Shown here piece by piece: positions 20,421 to 31,431 of a DNA stretch of 42,338 nt (the stretch's first letter is position 1; the number at the start of each line of letters is the position of its first letter). Under the pieces are notes generated by a model. The model made no database searches. It was not told where the DNA came from and saw only the letters and a program-made list of their open reading frames with translations. The translations under genes were made by a program, and so were the position numbers. The stretch is from Malassezia furfur. Its lineage: Eukaryota. Where the stretch lies: NCBI GenBank assembly GCA_052055015.1, contig JBQJIT010000001.1. One strand, given 5' to 3'.

Positions 20421-21381
20421 ACTTTTCTTCAAAAAGCCTTGGTAAGTAAGTGCAAACCTACCGGTCGTAGGCCGTGCCAATATCGGCGAGCAGATCGTGG
20501 GTCAGCATGCTACGGCCCATGCGCTCAAAGCCAATGTGCGACGTCATGCGGGTCACACTCGAGGCGCCAAACGCCGCGACGAGCGTGAGGCGCTCTTCGG
20601 GAATCTCGCTGAGCCCACGCTCCTTGTAGCGCTGCGCCCATGCCAAAAACGTGCCGAGCGTGCCGCTGAGCAGGTCGCCTTGGCCGCCACAGCGCTTCAG
20701 GCCGCCTTCGATGTCGGAAATGGCGATTTCGTTCGGGGTCGCGATGCGGTCGACGCCGCCCTTTTCGAGGATCGTGACACCACCAAGTGCCTCGCTCAGG
20801 AGCTGAGCCGTCTTGTTGGGGTCCTTTCGGTCGATGTTCTGCGTAAGCTTCATGCGTACCATCGCGTCGCACAGGCGGCCAAACTCGACCACATTGGGGG
20901 TCAGCACAGCGCGCTTGTAGCCCTGCACAGTCTTGGGGTCGTTTTGCACAAGCCAGAGCCCATCAGCGTCTACCACAAGGTAAAGATCGGCGGCACGCGC
21001 CTCCTCGATGGCCACGCGCGCGAGGTTCTGGAGCTTAGGGTCGCGCCCGAGGCCAGGGCCGACGACGAGGCTGTGCAGGCGCTCAAAGGTGCCGCGGAAC
21101 GCCTTGCGCACCACTTCGACATCCTCTTCTGGGTCGAGCAGCGGCTGCACAATCAGGTCTGGCGAGTACGTCTTGAGCGCGGGCGCCGCCTCGGGCGAAC
21201 AGATCGTAAAGGACATGTCGCACCCCAGGCGCATGCTCGATACGGAGGCATAGAACGGCGCGCCGGTGTATTCGCGGGAGCCACCGAGGATTCCAACGCG
21301 TCCGGCCTGCCCCTTGTGGAACTCGGGGAGCAGCGGAGAAATGATGGCCTTAGCCTGCTGGAGCAACGAACGCTGAGCCAT
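20419..21381 (-). CDS. NNR2: ATP-dependent NAD(P)HX dehydratase
   Basis: HKGQAGRVGILGGSREYTGAPFY, VVGPGLGRD, VDADGL, LTPNVVEF, KRCGGQGDLLSG. Introns 20839-20859 (21) and probably 20438-20461 (24; gives ...AYDRLFEEK). Confidence 0.93.
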
Positions 21382-21416
21382 CGTGGCGGAGGCGGGACAG
21401 GTGGTCCCTGCGCACG

Positions 21417-21427
21417 GCTGAGTCAGC
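21417..21427. promoter_or_regulatory. Palindromic GCTGAGTCAGC containing the AP-1/Gcn4 site TGAGTCA
   Basis: Lies in the 66-nt divergent spacer between NNR2 (21381) and the PCS60-like gene (21448). Confidence 0.45.
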
Positions 21428-21447
21428 GCCGTACCTTCGTTCCCCCC

Positions 21448-23077
21448 ATGACGACCCTGGCCTCGACCTTGTTTGCGCCGCGCACGGGCTTTGACCCGCA
21501 GGCGCTCGCCGTAGAGCTTCCGGCCTCGTCTGGAACTCCGGCTCGGTTTACCTTTGCGCAGCTCGAAAGCATGGTGAAACATGTGCAGAGCCAACTAGCC
21601 GCGCTCAACTTCGCCTCCGGCACAACGGTGAGCAGCAGTCTGATCAACAATGCGGAGTTCGTCGCTGTGTTCCTTGCAACTGCAGAGCAGGGGTAAGTGT
21701 CCAACTAATAAAGTCTCATTGCCGCGCCGCTGAATCCCAACTACAAGGAGTCGGAAGTGAGCTTCTACCTGGACGACACCAAGTCGCACCTGCTCGTCGT
21801 GCCGAGCGGCACGCTCCGTGATCCTGCCGATGCCTCGGAGGGTGCACGCGCAGCCGTTGCAGCAGCCAAAGCACTGAACGTGCGCATCGTCGAGGCGGTG
21901 CTTGACGCGCAGCAGGCCAAGATCTGGCTGCAGGACGCCGACGGACCACTGCCGGCCGCCGAGCCGTCCACTGCGTCGCCGGACCACACGGCACTCGTGC
22001 TGCACACTTCAGGGACGACTGGCCGCCCGAAAGCTGTGCCGCTCACGCACACCAACCTTGTTACCTCGATGCACAACATTCGCGGCACGTACGACCTCTC
22101 GGCGCAGGACAAGACGTACCTGGTCATGCCGCTCTTCCACGTGCATGGCCTCGTTTGCGGCCTGCTGTCGGCACTGTTTGGAGGGGGCAGCGTGGTGATC
22201 CCGCCACGGTTCAGCGCCAAGGCGTTCTGGGAGGAGCTGGTCGACACTAAGGCCAACTGGTACACGGCGGTGCCTACCATCCACCAGATCATCCTCGGCC
22301 TCGACAAGCCGAACCCGATGCCAAATCTGCGGTTTGTGCGCTCATGCTCGTCGTCGCTGTCGCCGTCGACGTTCACGGCGCTCGAGAAGGCGCTGCAGGT
22401 GCCCGTGCTGGAAGCATACGCCATGACGGAGGCCGCGCACCAAATGTGCTCCAATTGTCTACCGCCGGGAAAGCGTAAGCCGGGCACCGTCGGCATTGGG
22501 CACGGCGTTGAAGTGCGCATCTTGAATGACCAGGGCCAGGAGCTACCCCAAGGCCAGGATGGCGAAGTTTGTGTGCGGGGCAAGAATGTCACGCCGGGCT
22601 ACTTGAACAACGACAAGGCTAATCGCGACAGCTTTTTCCGCGCTGAATATGGCAACCCGCCGGACGTGGATGGGTTTCTGCGCACTGGCGACCAGGGCCG
22701 CAAAGACGAGGACGGCTATCTGGTGCTCACAGGCCGCATCAAGGAGCTCATCAACCGCTCGGGCGAAAAGATCAGCCCGCTCGAGATAGACAGTGCGCTC
22801 CTGGCCGTTCCGGGCATCAAGGAAGCGGTGTCGTTTGGGATGCCCGACGAGATGTATGGCGAGCTAGTCGGCGCGGCCGTCGTGCTGGACAGCCACGCCC
22901 AGCTGGATCAGGCCGCAATTCAGGAGGCGCTTTCGAGCAAGCTGATCAAGTTCAAGATCCCGACCAAGGTCTTTATCACCGACAGCATTCCGAAGACGTA
23001 CGTTCGCACCGTACTGACGCAGGGCCACCGGCAAGATCCAACGCCGCAACGTAGCGGCCACTTTCTTGTCTTCGTAG
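21448..23077 (+). CDS. PCS60: Oxalate-CoA ligase / Pcs60-like acyl-CoA synthetase
   Basis: LHTSGTTGRPK, MPLFHVHGL, EAYAMTEAAHQM, RTGDQG, GRIKELINRSGEKISP, IPKTATGKIQRR. Introns 21693-21713 (21) and 22998-23022 (25). Confidence 0.9.
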
Positions 23078-23091
23078 AACCTCCACTCAGT

Positions 23092-23866
23092 ATGGCGAAT
23101 GCGCGGTTGAATCGTGTGATGCGCGAGATTGCTGCATGCGAGCGCGACAAAAGTGACGGGATCGCAGTGCAGATGGTGGATGGTACGCAGTTGAAACACT
23201 CATCAGAATCCCCATTTCACTTGATTGGTACTTTTCCGGGACCTGAGAGCTCGCCGTTCGAAGACGGGCTGTTCGAGGTGGTACGTCCGCCGCCCCGCGC
23301 TACGGCTCACGCAGGACATTGTCGTGCCCGAGGGCTACCCATTCCAGCCGCTGCAGATGCGCTTCATCTCCAAGGTACGTCAGGGCGACTTGGAGCTCAC
23401 GCAGGTATACCACCCGAACGTCTCGTCGCAGAGCGGCGCCATCTGTCTAGACATTCTCAAAGGTACGTGTTCCAAACTGACCATCAGACCAGTGGACGCC
23501 CATCTATACGCTCAAGTCGACGTTGATGTCGCTGCGCTCGCTGCTGTGCTCGCCTGAGCCGAGCGACCCACAGGACGCCGAGGTGGCGAAGCACTATACG
23601 AGCGACTTTGCCTCCTACGAACAGACCGCACGGGAGTGGACACACAAATACGCTGCAGCCGATCCGCCGCAGACCACTGATGTGGCCAAGGAGCAGGGAT
23701 TGCGTGATGCCGACATTGCGCGTTTCGTCAACATGGTGCGTGCTATGCACTGACCCAGGGCTTCGAGCGGAGCAAGGTGATCGAGGTGCTCGATCGGCTC
23801 GATTACCGTAACGACCGTGTGCGCCAGATCTCGGACGATACAGTGACGGAAGCCCTACTGAAATAG
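23092..23866 (+). CDS. UBC1: Ubiquitin-conjugating enzyme E2 with UBA-like tail (Ubc1/E2-25K)
   Basis: [44 protein letters not shown]. Introns 23183-23206, 23281-23314, 23375-23404, 23463-23487, 23736-23758. Confidence 0.93.
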
Positions 23867-23876
23867 ACCTCGGCAA

Positions 23877-26252
23877 TTAGAGTGTATGTACAAGCAGATG
23901 CCCGGCAGGCGCGAGGCCGTCATGTGCGCCCATGTACCACAGAACGAGCGTCAGAAGCGACGTAGGGCGGTAGTGGTTGCGCACATAGGCCGCCGCATTC
24001 TTCGCCCATTCATTGTACACGAGACGTGCGTCCGAGTCAAGCACAGTGCCTTCCCACGGGTTTGTGCACCCCACCTCTTGGTCGTCGATGGGGTCGACAA
24101 ACGTCGGCTTGAAGTCAAGCTCCTCTTCGCCCACATTCGGGTCGCGCGAGTCATTCTCGACAATCTCCTGCCGGATCTCGGCGAGGCCCTGGATTTCGGG
24201 GAGCGACGCCGTCTCCGACACAGCAATCGAGTCGCGGCGTTCGCGCTGGCGCGTCTGCTCTGCGCGTGCCGCATTGTCGATCTCGCGCGCGAGCATACGT
24301 CGATGCTGGCGGTAGGCGCGTGTATTGGGGTCCTTCTCGGCGTGCTTGCGCCAGCCACGTAGTTCCCAAAAAAAGGACTTGCTGGTATTCTGGGTGGTGC
24401 GAATGCGCAAAATGTTTTTCTGAAAGCTCTTGAGGAAGCGCTTCGAGGGCCGAGGGTATTCCGCGCTGGAGTTGAAGTGCATGCCGCCAATATGTATTTC
24501 GTTCTTCAAACCACCAAGGTCGTCAGGAATTTCACCGTGTTTGATCTCGAACAGGTGTTTTTGTTCGCGTAGTAGGAGAACTTGTTCCATGGTCAGCGTT
24601 GCAAACGACCGGACACACTGGGGACCACTGAGTGCCGAGCCAAAGATATGCGGGAAGAGGTAGGGCAGGTCGCTGAAGTCGGTATGGTTCGACCCACACA
24701 ATGTCATGAGCCAGCCGCGGTGGTTGCGGTTCGTTGTTACTGCATCCACCAGGACACGCATCAGTTTATTGTACTGGTCGCGCCACATGCTAAAGCCCTC
24801 CGAATTAATCACATACACGGGCTTGTCCAGCTTGCCGCGCACCGACTCATCCTCTGCCGGGTCGCGCACGGGTTCCATCCAGGGATCGAGTACAATGCCG
24901 TAGGGAAAGTCTTTCTGGTCAGTGCGCAAAAACTCGATCAGTGTCGCACCGCCGAAACTATGCCCCGCGAGCGTCGGGAAGGCGAGGTCGAGCTTACCCT
25001 TCCATGGGGCAAAGAAATCGCTGCAGTGGGGGATCGATAGACGCTTACGTGCTTTGCGGAACCGCCTGGCGCCGCACAGGGCCGAACCCAGACTGCGTGT
25101 ATGCACAGACGCAAGCCACTCGCAGTCACCCGCGTTGATGCGCCGGATCACATGGAGCGCCTCTTTGATCTCGGCAGCGCGCATTGCCAGTTGCGCACGG
25201 CGCAGCGCCATCTCCTTCTCCCCTTGTTTCGCCATAAATGGCGCCAGTCCCAACGTCTCAAACGCCAGATACGGCACGGCAGCGTAATCGCACAGCGGGT
25301 CGTATTTGGCCTGTGTGCCCTCGGCCTCCGAGCCTTGCTGCGCCAGGTTAATGATAGACTCTGACGCCCCCAGAGAGAGTGCCTTGCGGAGGCGCTCTCT
25401 CTCCTTTTCGCTCATTGACGACTCGTTTGCACGGAGCACCGAGTCCACGCCGGTCCATACGTAACTGCCCAAACCAGACCCGTCGCGATGCTCGATTGCA
25501 ACAACCACAAAGCCATGTGATGCAAGGTTTCCGCAGAATTCGCTGCGTCAGCATAGCACGTACGAATACGCTAGGCGATTTCCGGCCAGGCCATGGCAGA
25601 AAAACACCACAGGGAAAGTATGCGATGCCTTGGCACGGTGATCGTTCGGCAACATCTTCTCTTTCTCTGCCGATACTTTGGCTGGATCGCCGAACGGAGC
25701 ACATACATAGGCTGGTAGCCATGCACGACACATGGTCATCAACGCCGGGAAAAAGGTGCGTGCAAGCGAACCGTACTGGCCCATGTATTTCCAGGCAACC
25801 AACGCCGTCTTTTTCAGGGGTCTGTGTAAGGCTCAGTCATGCGCAACATACCTGCCCAGCCAACTTGAGCGGGGGTATCGTTCGAGCGTGTGTTTCGGTA
25901 GATCCGAGGTCGGATAGTAGATCGCCATGAGCACGGTGCGGAAATGTAACGTCGCATTGCGCAGATGCAAGCCGTGATCTTCCAAATAGCTGAGTTCAGC
26001 TTCGCGCTCCTTCTTTGTTTCTTCGTTATCGCTTTCATTTACTTCCTGCTCGATCGGGTCATTTTGGCCGGAATGGATTTGTTCCAAAATCTTGGCAGCA
26101 CGGCGATGCTTGACTTTCTTGTCTCCGCGCACAAGCTTATTCAAGGTGATCGGATCAATGTACCCCGGGATAAAGTCGCGCGGTTTGCGCACTGTCGTCT
26201 CGAGGTCGACAATGCCGACATCGAAAGGCCCGTGATACGGCTGCAGCTTCAT
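23877..26252 (-). CDS. Platelet-activating-factor acetylhydrolase-family phospholipase (alpha/beta hydrolase)
   Basis: [47 protein letters not shown], nucleophile GHSFGG, LDPW, HTDFSD. Introns 25822-25851 (30) and 25543-25563 (21). Confidence 0.88.
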
Positions 26253-26304
26253 GGCTGACCGGAAGGAGCAGAATTGTCTCGCCCTGAACTTTACGCATGC
26301 GTTT

Positions 26305-26329
26305 CACGTGGTGACCCTGTAGCCACGTG
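26305..26329. promoter_or_regulatory. Double CACGTG E-box in a divergent promoter
   Basis: CACGTG at 26305 and 26324, between ATGs 26252 (-) and 26427 (+). Confidence 0.55.
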
Positions 26330-26426
26330 GAGTGTTGCCGATAGGTCGACGGTAATTGGTGCATGGCCATGGGGTCGCCATTCAAGCCCTGTCTACGCAA
26401 GATGGAATTCGCACGGACCAACGAGC

Positions 26427-28145
26427 ATGTCGCAGGAGTCGTCGGTGGTGTCGCCACGGCTGCAGCAAATGTTGGGCCGATTCCGAGCTCTGACGGACAT
26501 GGACCAAATTGACCACGACTTTTTGCATTCACAAGATGTACCATTAGAGGAAATGTCGGACTGGTCAGACCGGCAAGTGCACCCCTTGGAGGCACCATTC
26601 GAGGCACCCAGTGAGGCTCCAAGGTCTGGACCCTGGCCGGTATGGATAGCTCGGGGACTCGGCCTGCAACGTGCGCAAACGGATGAGCACAATGAATTTA
26701 TGAGTATGCCTCGCAGCCAATCTCTCCCCACGCGATTATCCGGCGCGGAGGTCATGGATCATGAAGAACAGCACGAGTACCAATCTTTTGTCACCATGGT
26801 GCGCACGGTTTGGTCTGCATCGCGATCGCAGACATCTATGCACCCTGCCCAGACGTCGCAACTTGATACCCCTGGCGCATGGGACTATGCTTCGCAGCTG
26901 CAAAACGAGACACGTACGGCGTCCAGGCAAGAAGATCGCCTTATACCCAGCGCACTCCGTCCTAGCACCAGCGCCCCCGACGGCCTCCGTGCGCCACAGG
27001 AGCCCACAATACGCCGCCTTTACCGCTCCGCACGTGTGTGGCTATCGATGGAAGAAGAGGAGCTCGCACCTGTACCCGCTGCGCGCCATCGGCAATACCG
27101 GCAGCGCTCGCGCCCCGTCGAACGGCACATGCAACCTATCCGCGAGGAGCGCGGCGAACAGCGGCAGGAGGATGTTGCTCTAGATGAGTATCTGGCATCA
27201 CTCGACTCGATGTTATCGTCGGTCCGCACGCAGAACCAGGGGAACCTGAGCCACGCGCACCGAAACGCCATACGCGCCAAGCTCGAACAAGGTATCGAAC
27301 GCTTGAATCGTGAGCCGCCGCCACGCCAAGTGGCCATGCGGCGTATGGAGCATCGCCTCACAATGTTTTCGGAAGACTATGCCATCCCCATGATGGTTGG
27401 CTTGGTCGTGGTCATGATGCGTATAACGCTGGTCATGATGGCGATGTTCTGCCATACGTTCGGCATCCAATACGACGCACCACAGCGACGCATCCGAGCC
27501 ACACCCGAACGCGAGACGCCGCGCAGTGAGCTTAATGGCGTGGCCTATACCCCTCCGTCCGGTACGCAGCGGTGCAGCGACGCATCGGTCTCTCCTCAGC
27601 CGCAACCGGAGTTGAATGAGTGGCTGCACGAACGGAAGGAGCAGCCTTCGCGCTCGCCTCTTTCCTTCCGCCCGTTTGCGGACGGTGCGCGGGGCATGTA
27701 CGGTGGCGTCCCACTCCAGTACCTGCTCTCTGAGTCGGCCGATCTCGTGCGTCGGCTGACCCAGGCACCGGCGACGTCGGCGGTGCCCCGGCAAGATGCG
27801 GTGCGTGCGCTTGCGTTATCGCGCGCGCCGACCGGGTCAGCATGCACTTACCCAAACCTCACACACCTGTCCGAGGTGTTTGCACGTACCGTCAAGCGCT
27901 CGCCGTTGCCCGATCAGGTGCGATTGTTGGTCCGCATGGTCGGTGCGGCGCTGCAGCATGTGGAGCAGCGCTTTGGCGTGTGGCACAACATCTCGACGTG
28001 GTTCGTGCACGGTGTATCTGGCCTGATTCGCTTTATTCAAACACACAACATCCATGTGCTCGTGGTCCGGGCCATGTTAACGACCCTCGAGTCGTTCTTC
28101 GCGGCGATCCGTGCATACCAAGCCGAGTCGCCGCCTGTCGCGTAG
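26427..28145 (+). CDS. Hypothetical membrane protein
   Basis: About 572-codon intronless ORF; central hydrophobic segment IPMMVGLVVVMMRITLVMMAMFC; amphipathic helical C-terminus; no family recognised. Confidence 0.7.
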   Translation: MSQESSVVSPRLQQMLGRFRALTDMDQIDHDFLHSQDVPLEEMSDWSDRQVHPLEAPFEAPSEAPRSGPWPVWIARGLGLQRAQTDEHNEFMSMPRSQSLPTRLSGAEVMDHEEQHEYQSFVTMVRTVWSASRSQTSMHPAQTSQLDTPGAWDYASQLQNETRTASRQEDRLIPSALRPSTSAPDGLRAPQEPTIRRLYRSARVWLSMEEEELAPVPAARHRQYRQRSRPVERHMQPIREERGEQRQEDVALDEYLASLDSMLSSVRTQNQGNLSHAHRNAIRAKLEQGIERLNREPPPRQVAMRRMEHRLTMFSEDYAIPMMVGLVVVMMRITLVMMAMFCHTFGIQYDAPQRRIRATPERETPRSELNGVAYTPPSGTQRCSDASVSPQPQPELNEWLHERKEQPSRSPLSFRPFADGARGMYGGVPLQYLLSESADLVRRLTQAPATSAVPRQDAVRALALSRAPTGSACTYPNLTHLSEVFARTVKRSPLPDQVRLLVRMVGAALQHVEQRFGVWHNISTWFVHGVSGLIRFIQTHNIHVLVVRAMLTTLESFFAAIRAYQAESPPVA

Positions 28146-28152
28146 GGGTAGT

Positions 28153-28162
28153 ATCACGTGAT
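28153..28162. promoter_or_regulatory. Perfect palindrome ATCACGTGAT (E-box) in the 31-nt spacer before FYV4
   Basis: Between the stop at 28145 and the ATG at 28177. Confidence 0.55.
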
Positions 28163-28176
28163 CGTCACCGTCTACC

Positions 28177-28624
28177 ATGTTCGCTCGACTGCTGGGTGCC
28201 TCGGCGCCGCGCGCGCTGCCGGGCGCGCTGCGGTTTGCGTCCACGGCGGCACTGCGCCCTGTTCCTGCACCAAGGGGTACGTGTGTTTCCTAATTCAGGT
28301 TCGATCAATACGCCGAAAGCCTTTCTCGAGGCCATTTCCAAGACGCGCCGCAACCTCGCGGAAAGCTCGACGTGTGTCAACGCCGTGGGTGAGGACTGGG
28401 ATGCAATGTTCCGCCTCACCTCGGAGAAGCTGAAGGGTGAAGGCGTATCGGTGCAGGAGCGAAAGTACTTGTTGTGGGCGCTCGAGAAATACCGCCAGGG
28501 CGGCGATCCGCATGCGTTCGCCTACGATGTCAAGAAGAAGAAGAAGGTGCGCGGCTGGGGGCCGCGCGTGCAAAAGGGCATCCGTGTCCGTGGCATGCTG
28601 CGCCCAGGGGAGCGCCGTGCATAG
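28177..28624 (+). CDS. FYV4: IGR-motif mitochondrial small-subunit protein mS41
   Basis: Leader, then RPVPAPRGSINTPKAFLEAI (22-nt intron 28277-28298), LKGEGVSVQERKYLLWALEKYRQG. Confidence 0.82.
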
Positions 28625-28651
28625 ATACCATGCGCAGATAGTGGGTATACG

Positions 28652-30515
28652 CTACGATGCCGCTGCGCCATTCAACGCCTGGCTGTTCCGCTTGCGCAGC
28701 CCCGACAGGCCGCGGCCAAATGGCAGCGCAAGCCCGCCGCCACGCGAGGGGCTCTTGATCTCGGCGCTGTCATCGGCCTCGGCACTGGCTAGCTGGTCCG
28801 CATTCAGGTCGGTGGCCAGTGTCATGATGCGCGGGCGCTGCGGCCGCGCCAGCCAGTCGAGCTGGCCGTCGGCGTGTAGCAGCAAGAAGCCGCGGGGCGT
28901 CACTCGCAGACCTGTCAGCATCGCACCGGGCAACTTGGCCTGCGCCGTGGGCTGGAACATGGCGACCTCGGCGCGGTGTGCGGCGGGGACAAACACGTCG
29001 TTTGCGCCGTACGGCGAGGCATGCAGACCGTATGCGTCGCTCCGACCGCCGTGTGTGCCGCGCGCAAACGCGCGCGGGCGCTGCAGTGCCGTCGGCGAGA
29101 AGTCCCAAAAGCACAAGCAGCAGTCCTCGCCGACCGACACGAATCGGTACTCGTCCTCGCCGCCGCGCGTGTACCATGGATCAAACGCCGCGGCCGTTAC
29201 AAACGAGCGGTGACCCTGCGCGCGTGCGACGATGCGTCCCTCGTGCGGCGCCCAGAGCGTCAACAGGTCGTCCTGTCCACCGGTCAGCACCAAGCGACCG
29301 TCGGGCGACCAAACCACACTCGTGAGACCACCAAAGTAGGAGGCAAAGGAGCGGACCAGGCTGGGTGAGCGGCGTCACGTACGTTTCCGAGTCTAGATCC
29401 ACGATGCGCATAATGCCATCCTCCGCAGTGATGGCAACTTGGGTGTTGGTGGGCGAGAAGGCCAAATCCGTCACGGCGTGCTTCGACACGCGCCAGTAGC
29501 CCACCGGGTTCATCTGGGCGCTTCCGCCGTCCTTGCCCTTGGACAGCCACCACCCACTGGTGCTCCCCTCGTCTCCGAGGACGTCTCGTGGGTGCGAAAC
29601 AAACAAGGCATGGTTGTAGTTCCAGCGTGCATCGGGCTCGGGGCGCTGTGCACTGCTTGCCAACTCTTCTCGCTCGCGGTCCATGACAAACACGGAGCCA
29701 TCTGCGTGTGCAGAAAGGAACAGCGACTCGCTGCGGGGGAGCCAGCGCACCTGGCGCACGCCTGACGCATTCACGGCCCCACCCTTATTGATGCGGGAGT
29801 AGCGAAGCGACACGGGATCGATCCAGATCAGGTCGCCTGAGTTGAAGCCGACGACAACGTCGAGTCGCTCGGCGCAGCGGGTAAACTGGTTAACGTCGAT
29901 GCACGTTGGCGACGTCGAAAAAGACACACGCCCAACCGGCTCTCGGATGCGCGAGCCAATATTGGCGTACCACAGCAGCGTTTTGCTCGCCAGGACAAAG
30001 GTGAGCGTGATCGGCTCGGTGCGTTGCGCCAGCAGCTTGCCGAGGTCGGAAGAGGTGGTGACACGCGTCACAAAGGTGCTGTTACTCGTCTTCATCCCGG
30101 ACTTGGGTCGCGATGGGCGGGGGGATAGTACGCCCATCCCGCACAGCAGGCCGCGAAAGTGCTCGCCGTGCACCTGCGCCGGTTCGCCCTCCGCGCCGAT
30201 CTCGAGGTAATCGGCGGGATCCGCATCGATGCCCTGGGCAGCCTGAGTTGGGTCGAGCACTGTGCCCGAGTACTGCATCTCTGTACGTCCGCGCGTATTG
30301 GGCAGCCGGATTGACACCGAACTTACCCGCGCAGGCTCCCAGTTGTTGTTGATCCGCGAGCTAAGCAGCTGCGGGTGGGTGGGCTGCTCGGTGGTCTGCG
30401 CAGCATTCCCGCCATGTTGAGCCGCGCTACGGTTGAGTACCGAATTCGCCCAGTCGGTGCACACATAGGTTCCCTCCGGCGTACGAATCTGGCTATAGCT
30501 GCTCGGATCGGACAT
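28652..30515 (-). CDS. creC: CreC/WDR20-type WD40 protein
   Basis: [83 protein letters not shown]. Intron 29361-29382 (22). Confidence 0.88.
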
Positions 30516-30595
30516 CGTCGACAACGCACGGAGCAGGTATCAATCGCACCACGTGATCATGTCTACTAAGGCCCGCCGTGACCCACGGCGGGGCC

Positions 30596-31340
30596 CTAAA
30601 ACAGCTTGGAATAGAGGATGAGGAGAATAAGCAGCACAAGCACCACAATGATCGCAGATGTCACAAGTTTCTGTTGGCGTGCCCTGCGTTAGGACGGAAT
30701 GGGCGCTTACCGTCGAATCATGCGTTGCAGAGTACGCGACGAGCGGTCGATATGCGTATTTGCGCCATGGAGCTGTGCGCGTTAGTTTTGTAGCAACGTA
30801 CCGTATCGCGGCTGTGCTCAATCTGTTCGCGCTGGCTCCGCAGGTCCTGAAGGATGTTGGCGCCAATGTCCTCCGTCTCGAGTGCGAGACGCGTCGATGC
30901 GGCCAGGCGCTCTGTGCCGTTCTCGAGCAATGATGTGCCCTGGAGGAGCCGCTGCCGCTGTGATGGCACCTCGCCGGACTCCACGTCGTTGTCGGTGTAA
31001 CTGTCAACTGGGAGGCCACTTGCGCTCTTCCCTGCCTGGGTGTACGATTTCTGGAGTGAGGTAGGCCACGTACCAGCTCGCGCCGAAGCTTGTCGTATTG
31101 CGACTTGAGGTTGCGCAGTTCGCCTGCGTAACGCTCGCGCACGCTCTGCGGGAAGGATTGCACTTCGATCTCCATCTGCACGAGGAGGTCGTGGGCCTCT
31201 TCGGCCTCGGACTCGGCATGCTGCAAGGTGGTGTTCCGCGTAGTCGCAGACAGCTTGCTCAGGTCCGCTCCAAGCCGGTCCTCGACGGAGCGCAGCAGCT
31301 GCGCGAAATCGGACGCATACGACTCGAACAGCTCGGCCAT
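30596..31340 (-). CDS. VTI1: Qb-SNARE Vti1
   Basis: MAELFESYASDF, QRQRLLQGT...ALETEDIGANILQDLRSQREQI, C-terminal TM. Introns 31051-31073 (23), 30773-30801 (29), 30684-30710 (27). Confidence 0.92.
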
Positions 31341-31431
31341 TGTGTCGTGTCTCCTCGCCGATCGCCGCTGGAGGGAGGTGGGGTCACTCGGCCGAAGAGA
31401 TCCGTGCGTCCTGCACGCGAACCACTCCACC

